The notes under the pieces: model-generated
Database searches by the model: none
The model's input: only the letters and a program-made list of their open reading frames with translations
Told to the model about the DNA's origin: nothing
IMG/VR virus record: IMGVR_UViG_3300025876_000016
Length of the DNA: 64,000 nt
Direction: 5' to 3' (one strand)
Source: a virus
Made by a program: the position numbers and the translations under genes
Shown here: positions 28,533-37,333 of the stretch, in pieces
Layout: every line of letters begins with the position of its first letter
How positions within the stretch are numbered: the stretch's first letter is position 1

Positions 28533-28909
28533 TGAGTGGTAAATTAGTAAAGAAAAAAAAGACTATTACAGCATTAGCCACGATTGGTATAATCGGTGGT
28601 GTAACTGTACTTGCCTTCTTTCTTGTTAAAAAACACAGTATTAAAATAAATTCAATTATTGAAGATAAAGTGGGGGATAAAATAATATCCAAGAAGTATT
28701 TGATGAATGTAGGTTTAAGATATGTTGAAGTTACATCTAAACCTGATGAAAAAGATAATTTTGTACTTAAAGAGCCTGTATTTACATATACTTTTGATAC
28801 AATAGACGAAAAAGACAAGGATGGAATACCAAAAGTAGAGGTAACTATCAAAAATAGATTAAATAAAAAAGAAGATAAGATAATTTTAGAAGATGCCTTA
28901 CCGAATTAA
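28532..28909 (+). CDS. N-terminally anchored protein
   Basis: TM near N-terminus. Confidence 0.6.
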   Translation: MSGKLVKKKKTITALATIGIIGGVTVLAFFLVKKHSIKINSIIEDKVGDKIISKKYLMNVGLRYVEVTSKPDEKDNFVLKEPVFTYTFDTIDEKDKDGIPKVEVTIKNRLNKKEDKIILEDALPN

Positions 28910-29186
28910 AAACTATACAAAACAACAGGCAAAAAAACACAATCTAACAGTTAAGCCAAGTAAAAATAAAGGCAAGAAGATTGATGTTTTTAAAAAAGGT
29001 GTTAAGGTAGCATCGGTAGGAGCGACAGGATATAATGATTATCCAACTTATTTAGAATTAGAAAGAAAAGGTAAAAAGCCTAAAGGTTATGCAAAACAAA
29101 GACGTAAACTTTATAAGATAAGGCACAATAAAAATAGAAACAAAAAGGGTACTAATAGTTGGTATGCTGATAAATTATTATGGTAA
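28893..29186 (+). CDS. Basic protein resembling DUF5754
   Basis: KKIDVF..GA.GY.DYPTY...RH......ADKLLW pattern (recognised from memory). Confidence 0.55.
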   Translation: MPYRIKNYTKQQAKKHNLTVKPSKNKGKKIDVFKKGVKVASVGATGYNDYPTYLELERKGKKPKGYAKQRRKLYKIRHNKNRNKKGTNSWYADKLLW

Positions 29187-29675
29187 ATGGAAATAACAGG
29201 AAAAATAGTAGATGCAACAAGTAAAGAGCCAATTCCCTTTACATCTGTAATTCCGATTAATGATGCAGGTAATGTTGTTGGCGGTGGTTCAGTTGGTTCA
29301 AAGACTGATTTTGATGGTAATTACATATTAAAAATACCTGATAATTTTAAATATGATTCTATTTTAATAAGACCAAGTGATTATACATATAAAGAAAAAA
29401 AAGTAAAAAATTCAGGACAAAAATTAATTAATGCAGAATTAGATTATGCAAAAGCTGTTCAACAATTAAATACAGTTACGGTTGAGGCAAAATCAAACGC
29501 AACATTATGTAAAGAAAAGGGTGGAACATATTTAGAATCAACTAAAGAATGTAAAATGCCACCAAGATTTAAAACGCCTAAAATTAATTGGCAAAAAAGA
29601 ATTTTAGTTGGTGGAATTGTATTAATTGTTATGGGAACAGCAACGTATTTTATTGTTAAAAAATTAAGAAATTAA
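29187..29675 (+). CDS. Carboxypeptidase-regulatory-like domain protein with C-terminal TM
   Basis: ITGKIVDA.SKEPIPF...TDFDGNY.L; L.TVTVEA. Confidence 0.7.
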   Translation: MEITGKIVDATSKEPIPFTSVIPINDAGNVVGGGSVGSKTDFDGNYILKIPDNFKYDSILIRPSDYTYKEKKVKNSGQKLINAELDYAKAVQQLNTVTVEAKSNATLCKEKGGTYLESTKECKMPPRFKTPKINWQKRILVGGIVLIVMGTATYFIVKKLRN

Positions 29676-29677
29676 TA

Positions 29678-30055
29678 ATGGCAGAAGCAGGGTCTAAAAT
29701 ACCAAAAGAATGTATTCCATTCATTGACAAACCTTATCAGGTAGGTACTATTAAATTAACGTGGATAGACCCTGATAATTATAAAATATTAAGCGGTAAA
29801 ATGTTTGATACAGTTGAGGAAGCATTAAATAATATTCCTAAATCTAAAGGCAATAATTGGCTGTTATTCAAACTTTTAAAAACTGATGGAAAAGAATATA
29901 ATTGGGAATTAATGCCTTATGGGAAGTATAAGGGATATGAAAATGGGATGAAATTGCGAGATAATAAATTACTTTATTATGGTAGTATTTCATTAATGTT
30001 ATTAGGTGCTTTTTATTTAATTAAAATAGCAAATAAAAAACTAAAATTGAAATAA
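29678..30055 (+). CDS. C-terminally anchored protein
   Basis: TM near C-terminus. Confidence 0.6.
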   Translation: MAEAGSKIPKECIPFIDKPYQVGTIKLTWIDPDNYKILSGKMFDTVEEALNNIPKSKGNNWLLFKLLKTDGKEYNWELMPYGKYKGYENGMKLRDNKLLYYGSISLMLLGAFYLIKIANKKLKLK

Positions 30056-30060
30056 TTATA

Positions 30061-30198
30061 ATGAAAAAATATTTATTCGTAATTTTAGCGTTAATTTTGA
30101 TAGGTTGTGCAAGTAAAAAAACAACTAATTGTGATGCTTACGGAAATAAATCAGTCATTAAAGATGCTCAAAAAATAGAAAAAAATGAAATTGGATAA
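30061..30198 (+). CDS. Small lipoprotein (45 aa, not in ORF track)
   Basis: MKKYLFVILALILIG-C lipobox, then ASKKTTNCDAY. Confidence 0.6.
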   Translation: MKKYLFVILALILIGCASKKTTNCDAYGNKSVIKDAQKIEKNEIG

Positions 30199-30697
30199 AA
30201 AGAATTTAATGATTATTGGTGGCGTATTACTCGCTGTCGGTATCGGTGTTTACTTTTGGCGTAAAAGAAAAGCCGAATCTGAAACTGAAACTATTGATGT
30301 TGATGCTGTTGTTGTAGATGATGATGGAAACGAAATAAAAAAATCTACAAGTGGTTCAGTAAGTGCAGACGACCCAAGATATAATTATACACGAAGTCCT
30401 TTGTTATCTAAAATAGAAAATAAAAATATTGCAGGTTATTTAAGTAATCTCCTTTCTACTGAAGATATATACAGATTAAGAAGTTGGCTACGTTTAATTA
30501 ATGAAGAAAGAGCAAAAGATTCGTCAAAATGGGGTGATGCAAATGGTCTTACAGGACAAGCATCTGACATTGGACACGCATTATTTCAGATGAAAAAGCA
30601 AAACGAAAAATTAGGCGATACGAGTAAAATGGCTTCTAAAACTAAAGGTGAACTATGGAATAATATCATACGAACTGATTTAACAGATGCTCAATAA
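30185..30697 (+). CDS. N-terminally anchored protein
   Basis: Anchor nearly identical to that of 61252. Confidence 0.65.
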   Translation: MKLDKKNLMIIGGVLLAVGIGVYFWRKRKAESETETIDVDAVVVDDDGNEIKKSTSGSVSADDPRYNYTRSPLLSKIENKNIAGYLSNLLSTEDIYRLRSWLRLINEERAKDSSKWGDANGLTGQASDIGHALFQMKKQNEKLGDTSKMASKTKGELWNNIIRTDLTDAQ

Positions 30698-30705
30698 AAG
30701 CTGTA

Positions 30706-31440
30706 ATGGATAAGAAAAAGTTATTAATAATTGGTGGTCTTGCAGGAATAGGATTTCTTTATTGGAAATTAATTTCAGGTAAAAAAATACTTGATAAAAA
30801 AAGTTCTTTTAATGGAAGTCCATTTGGTCAAAGAGTTATGTTCACGTTATCGAACACGACAAACACAACTCAAAACGTACCATTATTTAATGCTTATTCA
30901 AATATTCAAAATCCAAAAGTTAATATAACCCCCTCAATATCTGAATTTAATCGAACATTACTCAATGAACCTAAAAAAGTTTCAATGATAGAAGTTCGAG
31001 CATCAGGAAATCAAAAACAGGCAGAACAACCGATAAGTGTTCAATGTAAAGATGCTTCAGGAGAATATAAAGGTCAATTTTTATATCCATTCGTTAGTGT
31101 TTATCAAAAGGCATTAGATATGACTTCCGTATCGCCTAACAACTTGATATTAAGTGGTGAGTGCTATCTTAACTATACACTTGCCCCAAAACAAACAGTA
31201 GTTCTTATCGTGCATTATGAAAAACAAACAAAATTTCAAGGTGCTGAAAAAATAATGGAATCTCAAAATAAAGAAAATAAAGGTATTGTATCTTCAACTA
31301 AAAGAAGTGCTGATGCAAATTTATCAACAACTACAAAACCAATAAATGAAAATGTGGTTAAAAAAGAAAGTAAGTTAAAGCCCTATATTATTGGTGGTGG
31401 TGCTGTTGCATTAATTTACGGATTAACTAAATTAAAATAA
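30706..31440 (+). CDS. Capsid-domain paralog with TM helices at both ends
   Basis: LSNTT..LFN, KDASG, YQ, LILSG, TV.L homology to 5335; flanked by SSFNG and KFQG. Confidence 0.55.
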   Translation: MDKKKLLIIGGLAGIGFLYWKLISGKKILDKKSSFNGSPFGQRVMFTLSNTTNTTQNVPLFNAYSNIQNPKVNITPSISEFNRTLLNEPKKVSMIEVRASGNQKQAEQPISVQCKDASGEYKGQFLYPFVSVYQKALDMTSVSPNNLILSGECYLNYTLAPKQTVVLIVHYEKQTKFQGAEKIMESQNKENKGIVSSTKRSADANLSTTTKPINENVVKKESKLKPYIIGGGAVALIYGLTKLK

Positions 31441-31458
31441 CTGACTAAATTAAATAAA

Positions 31459-32349
31459 ATGAAAAATAAAAAATGGTGGATTATCGGTGGATTAATAGTA
31501 GCAGGTGCAGGTGTAGGTGCTTACTTTTTATTTAGACCAAACAAAGAAGAAAGGATAAAAAAGAAATTAGCAAAGGAGAATGATTCAAAGGATGATGAAG
31601 ATTCAAGTTCTTTAGGGGAAACTCCCCCAAAAGATAATGTGAATGAACAACAGGTTTCAAAACCTGCGTATAATTCAAGACCGAGAGAGGTATATCCTGA
31701 AACACCATTTAAAGATGCGATTGAAGGTAATGCTTTTAGAAAATGGGTAAATGATAATTATAGTGATTATGCAAAAAATATGGGTAATGGTTGGAAATTA
31801 GACCCAACAGGTAAATATAACAACGCATATATTCGAAAAGCGTATCAAAAATACGGAACGGAATATGCAAAATCATTAACTGAACAAGAGAAAAAAGATG
31901 CAGGTGTTTTAACTATTGATATGACAAAAGCATTTCAGGATGCTATGATTAAATGGAATAAGCCATCTTCTATTACTACAACAAAAGTACCTTACTTTGT
32001 GCTACATTTTAGACCTTTATACTCGCAAGATAATTCACATAATAAATATGTTCCTTCTTATGTAAATGAAGTGAAAGGTGCTTGTAATGGTAAATTATAT
32101 ATTTACAACAACTTTAACAATACTTCACCTAAAGATGGAAAGGTAGCTTGGGCAATAACTTGGAACGGTGTTACATCGGCAAAAGGATATGGAACTCCTA
32201 ATTTAAGAGATATTACACAAACCTATAATAAAAATGCTGATAGAAAATCAATGGGCTTTACAGGTAAGGCTTCTGTTGGTAATAGTTTTGGTCAAATTAT
32301 TGGTTGGGATGGAAACTTTGAATCTAAAATTAGATTAGCTTGGTGTTAA
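31459..32349 (+). CDS. N-terminally anchored protein
   Basis: TM; FR.WV...LDPTG..N.YIR.AY segment possibly PG-binding-like. Confidence 0.6.
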   Translation: MKNKKWWIIGGLIVAGAGVGAYFLFRPNKEERIKKKLAKENDSKDDEDSSSLGETPPKDNVNEQQVSKPAYNSRPREVYPETPFKDAIEGNAFRKWVNDNYSDYAKNMGNGWKLDPTGKYNNAYIRKAYQKYGTEYAKSLTEQEKKDAGVLTIDMTKAFQDAMIKWNKPSSITTTKVPYFVLHFRPLYSQDNSHNKYVPSYVNEVKGACNGKLYIYNNFNNTSPKDGKVAWAITWNGVTSAKGYGTPNLRDITQTYNKNADRKSMGFTGKASVGNSFGQIIGWDGNFESKIRLAWC

Positions 32350-32358
32350 TATTCTAAT

Positions 32359-32727
32359 ATGGGGGGCATACAAATTAAAGACAAAATATTAGCTTGGTTA
32401 AGCACAATGGCTTTTCTTGTGTGCCTTTATTTTTTAATATCAGTTTACATACAAAAAAGAGATTTAGAAAAATTTCGTGATAATAGTATGGAAGAACTAA
32501 AAAATGAAAAAAAAGAATTGATAAAAAAAAATTATGAATTTATTGATTCTTTGAAAGGAAATATTTTGCAATATGAATTGGAAATTAAAAAAGCTAATTC
32601 AACAATAGATAGTTTGAAAAATAGAAAAGTAAATATTAGATATATTTACATAGAAAAAATAAAAGAAATTAAAGAATTAGATGCTAATTCACTAAACGAT
32701 TATTGGAAAAATGAATTATCTAATTAG
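32359..32727 (+). CDS. TM + coiled-coil protein (spanin-like)
   Basis: Type II membrane topology, end of late operon. Confidence 0.45.
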   Translation: MGGIQIKDKILAWLSTMAFLVCLYFLISVYIQKRDLEKFRDNSMEELKNEKKELIKKNYEFIDSLKGNILQYELEIKKANSTIDSLKNRKVNIRYIYIEKIKEIKELDANSLNDYWKNELSN

Positions 32728-33124
32728 CTTTTTATTTTTAATTGTTCCTTACATAACATTTAGTCAGCAATATCCTAAAACATCAGTTATTGATGAAGAT
32801 ACGGTATTGATTTTTTCGCAAGAACAGGCAAATAAAATTGCACAATGGAATGAAGAAAGAAAATATTGTAAGGAGAATAGTATTTTGTTGGAAATAGAGA
32901 TTAATCAAAAGGACACTATAATTAATTCTTTAGAAGGGAAGTTGAATGAATTTAATATTATCGAAGATAAGTATAAAGAGATAATAAAAGGAAAGGATGA
33001 TTTACAGGATATTTGTGAGCAAGAGAAGAATATTCTAAATAAAGAAATAAAAAGACAGAAAAGACACAAATGGATAGCTATTATTAGCGGTGTTACTGTT
33101 GGAATTGTTGCAATAATTTTATAG
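32711..33124 (+). CDS. Signal peptide + coiled coil + C-terminal TM (spanin-like partner)
   Basis: Overlaps the previous gene. Confidence 0.45.
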   Translation: MNYLISFLFLIVPYITFSQQYPKTSVIDEDTVLIFSQEQANKIAQWNEERKYCKENSILLEIEINQKDTIINSLEGKLNEFNIIEDKYKEIIKGKDDLQDICEQEKNILNKEIKRQKRHKWIAIISGVTVGIVAIIL

Positions 33125-33190
33125 CCTGTTTTCTATTGCTCGTTGGAAACAGGTTTTTTGAAAGCCCTGACCCCCATCAGGGCTTTCTTT
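33123..33190. terminator. Double hairpin bidirectional terminator
   Basis: AGCCTGTTT/GAAACAGGTT and GAAAGCCCTGA/TCAGGGCTTTC stems at the convergence of the two arms. Confidence 0.8.
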
Positions 33191-33456
33191 TATATGTCAG
33201 TTAAAGCGTGATGTAATTTTTGCAAACTATTTTCTAATTTCGATTGAATATATTTACAATACTGAATCTCGTCATTAAGCTGTTTTATCATTTCGGCACT
33301 CGTAGTTTCATTTTTCATTTTTTTTGTGCGAATACCCCTTGACTTTATTTCAGATAATTTATGTTTAAGTGCAGAGTTGATTATTGTTAGTACATCATAT
33401 TCAATACCTGAAATCATAAAGTTATTTGTTTCATCTACACTTCTGAAAATATTCAT
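33190..33456 (-). CDS. Hypothetical protein
   Basis: Intact ORF in operon. Confidence 0.55.
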   Translation of the reverse strand: MNIFRSVDETNNFMISGIEYDVLTIINSALKHKLSEIKSRGIRTKKMKNETTSAEMIKQLNDEIQYCKYIQSKLENSLQKLHHALTDI

Positions 33457-33689
33457 ATTGACATATCTTTAATATCCAAATACTTTTTAACTTTATATAT
33501 CAGCGTTAGGGATATTGTTTTTGCTTTAGCCTTTTCGATTTTACAAATCCATTCGTGGCTAACACCTACTTTTTCTGCAAGTTGTTTTTGTGTTAGGCTT
33601 TTGTCTAATCTTTTTTGTTTGACTACTTCACCGAATTTTACTAAAAATTCTTTGGATGTATTTTGGGGTGAATTATCTATTACTATCAT
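33453..33689 (-). CDS. XRE-family HTH regulator
   Basis: R....LTQKQLAEKVGVSHEWICKIE. Confidence 0.85.
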   Translation of the reverse strand: MIVIDNSPQNTSKEFLVKFGEVVKQKRLDKSLTQKQLAEKVGVSHEWICKIEKAKAKTISLTLIYKVKKYLDIKDMSI

Positions 33690-34578
33690 ATTTATAATCT
33701 TTAATCTTTTTATTTACTTTACTTTCAAAATCTATTTTGTTTTCTACACAATTTTTCATAAAATCATACACAGCAATACGCATAGCACCAATTCTAATTT
33801 GATTTTTAAATGTAGGGTTGCTACCTTCTTCTATTTGCTTAAAGGAACGCTCTAAATCAACTTTAGCCATACTTTTACCACGCATAGTCAAATCTTTATT
33901 ACGTTGTATTAGGTTCGCTCTAAATTGTTCCTCGCTTTTTTTCATTAGTTTAGATTTTTGTTTATTATCTAAATTAATGAATCCGAATTTTTCTAAAAAC
34001 CGATAACCAATATTTCCAAAATCATAATAGGTATAAACACCTTTATCTTTTAATTTAAGAAATTCTTCAATAAGGGTATTTGAGATTGACCTGTCAAATT
34101 GTTTTTCAGTCATTTTGTCCTTTTCATCTTCAGGCTTCGGCAAAAACTTCTCTACACTTTTATATGCAGGTGGCATTAATTCATAACGAAAGTTTTTAAG
34201 CCACTTATAAAAAGTAGATGAATTTAAACCAAAATATTCGCCCATTTCTTCACGAACCCCATAATAAAAAGCTAATTTAATTTCTTCCAAAGTATATCGT
34301 GTAAAATCACGAAGTATATCTTCAGTTACTCTTTGCTTTAAATAGGTTTGTTCTTCAGGTGGCATATTAACACCCTTGTCCATTATTGTCATATTAACAA
34401 ATGTGTGTATTTGTTTAACAACAACATTCATATCCTGAATTTCTGATATTTTAGGAAAATTCTTTCCTGCAAGAAATAGTTCTCGATGTTTATTTGATAT
34501 TGGTAATTCTTTTGGAATCACTAATTTATCATTCTTTTGAACAATTAAATTGTTTTCTGATTTAATAATATTTGACAT
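33673..34578 (-). CDS. Putative replication accessory/helicase-loader-like protein
   Basis: Follows the initiator; TLEEIKLAF..G....GEYFGLN...FY.WL. Confidence 0.45.
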   Translation of the reverse strand: MSNIIKSENNLIVQKNDKLVIPKELPISNKHRELFLAGKNFPKISEIQDMNVVVKQIHTFVNMTIMDKGVNMPPEEQTYLKQRVTEDILRDFTRYTLEEIKLAFYYGVREEMGEYFGLNSSTFYKWLKNFRYELMPPAYKSVEKFLPKPEDEKDKMTEKQFDRSISNTLIEEFLKLKDKGVYTYYDFGNIGYRFLEKFGFINLDNKQKSKLMKKSEEQFRANLIQRNKDLTMRGKSMAKVDLERSFKQIEEGSNPTFKNQIRIGAMRIAVYDFMKNCVENKIDFESKVNKKIKDYKYDSNR

Positions 34579-34581
34579 AGC

Positions 34582-35328
34582 TTATGTTGTTTCTTCAGGT
34601 TTATAAACAGTATTCCAATCCACACCATCAAGACTTTCACTACTTTCTCGAATTTTATCCATTTTAGTAGCATTACTTGTTATGTTGTTTCTGTCATACC
34701 AATTAATAATCCAAGTATTAACAGCACCTTTCCATACCTTCATCGGATTCTTTCCTACTTTCCAACCATTCGATTCAAACCAATTCCAAAATCGTTCAGC
34801 TTCTACTTTTGCAGGTACAAATTCTTTTTCCTTCATATATTCAAATAGTTCCTGTTGAGTAGGTTTTACGAATTTTGTTGTTTTCCGAGTACGTTTTGGT
34901 TTTGGTTTTTCTACATTAACAACAGGCTGTTTTTCAACAGGAATCGCAGGTAATAACATTTCTATTTCTTTACAACCTTTAAATCTATCTTTATCCTCTA
35001 AATTTTCACGAAGAATCATCACTATTTGTTTGTGAGCATTATTCTTCCAATTTAAAGGAGTTAATTTTTGATGTTTTAAAAAATTCTTTAACCAAATTTT
35101 ACCACCATCATTTGATTTTATATACGCTTTTCCTATTTCTTTAATTGCATTTTTTAATTCCACTTCACTAAAGCCCAATAAGAACAACATAAATTTCTTA
35201 TTCACTTCATATATCCCTGCATTATCACAATTCTCGTAAAGAAATATAAAAAGCAATTTTGCATTAGCAGATAAATCTGAAAACCACGAATCAGTCCATT
35301 TATCAGAGTTTGTATATCTATAACTCAT
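34582..35328 (-). CDS. Phage replication initiator (N-terminal wHTH, DnaD-like C-terminus)
   Basis: W.D.WF..LS..AKLLF.FL; PT..E..EY...F......NGW.VGK.PMK.WK.A..TW. Confidence 0.65.
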   Translation of the reverse strand: MSYRYTNSDKWTDSWFSDLSANAKLLFIFLYENCDNAGIYEVNKKFMLFLLGFSEVELKNAIKEIGKAYIKSNDGGKIWLKNFLKHQKLTPLNWKNNAHKQIVMILRENLEDKDRFKGCKEIEMLLPAIPVEKQPVVNVEKPKPKRTRKTTKFVKPTQQELFEYMKEKEFVPAKVEAERFWNWFESNGWKVGKNPMKVWKGAVNTWIINWYDRNNITSNATKMDKIRESSESLDGVDWNTVYKPEETT

Positions 35329-35726
35329 ATTAATTCTATTTTTATTTTATAAATCGCTTCTATTAACTTTTTCTTCAATTTGAAAACATCAGTAGTTATC
35401 CACTTATTTGTTTTCTTATCCTTCGCTTTAATATCAATGTGTTTAATATCTCCATTAGGATAGTAGACTTTAAAATCAAGAACATAGTATGCTATATGAA
35501 TATTATTTACTTCAATAGGCATTTTTACTTGTCGTTCAAATTTTAGTATTTCTTTTGCACGTTCAAGTAGCTTTAATTTAGAATAGTAGTCAGCTTCTTT
35601 TTGAGAATCGAAATTAATACCATCTATTTTAGTTTTGGTATTACGATACTTATTATAACTACGTTTTTTTACCCACTTACCATTCTTCAGTATAAAACCT
35701 TCTTTTTCTAAATCCTTGATATTCAT
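35325..35726 (-). CDS. DUF1064 family PD-(D/E)XK nuclease
   Basis: NKYRN.KT.IDGI.FDS.KEA; Y.LDF; FKLKKKL. Confidence 0.75.
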   Translation of the reverse strand: MNIKDLEKEGFILKNGKWVKKRSYNKYRNTKTKIDGINFDSQKEADYYSKLKLLERAKEILKFERQVKMPIEVNNIHIAYYVLDFKVYYPNGDIKHIDIKAKDKKTNKWITTDVFKLKKKLIEAIYKIKIELI

Positions 35727-36695
35727 TTAAAAAAGCGTTGAGTTTTGTTGGTGTTCATCGTCTGAATCAGATTTAAACTCACTTTCTAATTTTGAATTAA
35801 GAGCAGGATTATCTTTTTTAGATATATATTCTACTTTAATTGGTTCATCTGTCTTTTTTTCAACCAATTTTGGTTCTTTTTCTTCAGGTTTTTGAGATTC
35901 AATATCATCAAAGGCATTAGAAATCCCACCATTTTTCTTATCCATTACTAAAGGCATCGTAGTATCATCAGGATTGTCTAACAAGTCTACTTTAACACTC
36001 GCACCACCTTCAAATTTGCTATCATATTCGATTGCTTTCGAAATTTCAATTACACTTGCCTTTGGAATTAATTTTGATAGCTTTTTAATAGCTGATTTTA
36101 TTTCCATATAATGATGTATGTCTGCTCCGTTGTTATATGGGGAATATTTCGAATCACTTGATTGCGAAAAATTACGCAATTTAACTAATTCACTTTGCTC
36201 CACTACCGTAAAAATAGGGTCAGCATCTTTTAGTTTACATACTGCATAAACACATTGTAAAGAACCTCTATCACCACCTCTATAAGGTTTATGATTCATA
36301 AATGGATTTAATCCAAAACCATAATCAAATTCATCCTTTTGAAAAACTGCTTCTGCATAAATAGATTGAACTCTTGGATTACGATACATCATTTCTACTA
36401 AACCTTTATATCCTATTTGAAATTTAGCTTCACCTTTATATGGAATAATAAATGCGTGTTGTTCAGGTGTATTGGGTCTTAAACCAACTTCCGCACTTAA
36501 TAAAATTGCACCAAACAAAGATTTTGGGTCGCATTGAAGAAGTCGTGGATTCTTTTTTACAGCATTAACGCAAGTAACATAAAATTCCTCGACACCAATA
36601 CCATATTTTTCTTGTAGTAGTTGAGCGATACTACGCTCATAGTTTTTCAAAACTGATGAAAAACCATTAATTGTTGTTAAATCGTTTTTTGACAT
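35727..36695 (-). CDS. recT: RecT-family single-strand annealing protein
   Basis: L.QCDPKSL.GA....A..GL.P...A.IIPY.GEA.FQIGYKGL. Confidence 0.9.
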   Translation of the reverse strand: MSKNDLTTINGFSSVLKNYERSIAQLLQEKYGIGVEEFYVTCVNAVKKNPRLLQCDPKSLFGAILLSAEVGLRPNTPEQHAFIIPYKGEAKFQIGYKGLVEMMYRNPRVQSIYAEAVFQKDEFDYGFGLNPFMNHKPYRGGDRGSLQCVYAVCKLKDADPIFTVVEQSELVKLRNFSQSSDSKYSPYNNGADIHHYMEIKSAIKKLSKLIPKASVIEISKAIEYDSKFEGGASVKVDLLDNPDDTTMPLVMDKKNGGISNAFDDIESQKPEEKEPKLVEKKTDEPIKVEYISKKDNPALNSKLESEFKSDSDDEHQQNSTLF

Positions 36696-36737
36696 TTTTT
36701 TTAATTTTAAAAGGGGGATTTTACTCCCCCATTGATT

Positions 36738-37304
36738 TTATTTTATACACTTAATTTGCTCAATAAATAATTTAGAATTTATTACAGGATAACTTTCGTA
36801 ACCTTTTGACCAATACATCCTTACTTTATCTATTTCTTTAGTTGATAAATCTTTTATTTGTTCATCACTTAAAATTATATAGGTTGAATAAGTTGTATAA
36901 TCATAATCATAATTCGTATCGCCTGAATCACTTTTACTAAATACTAATGTTAATGTAGAGCCATCAGTAAATTTTAAGATAAACTTTGAATCAGTATAAA
37001 TACCACCAAAATATTTATAAGCCGATTTTGTGTCTAAACGCCAAGAAAGATAAGCGACTTTCATATCGTTAATTTTGGCACAATAAATATCACACTCAAC
37101 GTAACTGTGTTTTTTACGTTTATAATATTTCATTAAACTCGAATCAGTAAAAGCAATAAAATTATCACTTTCTAAAACTAATTTACTTGTACCTGTAAAT
37201 TCATCAACTTCTTGGGTTCTATAATTACAATTTTGTGTAATTGAATCCTGTGCATAAAGATTTGCACTTATAACAATGGCTAAAACGGTTAATAGATTTT
37301 TCAT
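36738..37304 (-). CDS. Exported protein with Sec signal peptide
   Basis: MKNLLTVLAIVISANLYA-Q signal. Confidence 0.6.
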   Translation of the reverse strand: MKNLLTVLAIVISANLYAQDSITQNCNYRTQEVDEFTGTSKLVLESDNFIAFTDSSLMKYYKRKKHSYVECDIYCAKINDMKVAYLSWRLDTKSAYKYFGGIYTDSKFILKFTDGSTLTLVFSKSDSGDTNYDYDYTTYSTYIILSDEQIKDLSTKEIDKVRMYWSKGYESYPVINSKLFIEQIKCIK

Positions 37305-37333
37305 TTTTCTGTTTTTATTATTTATTTATTTAT

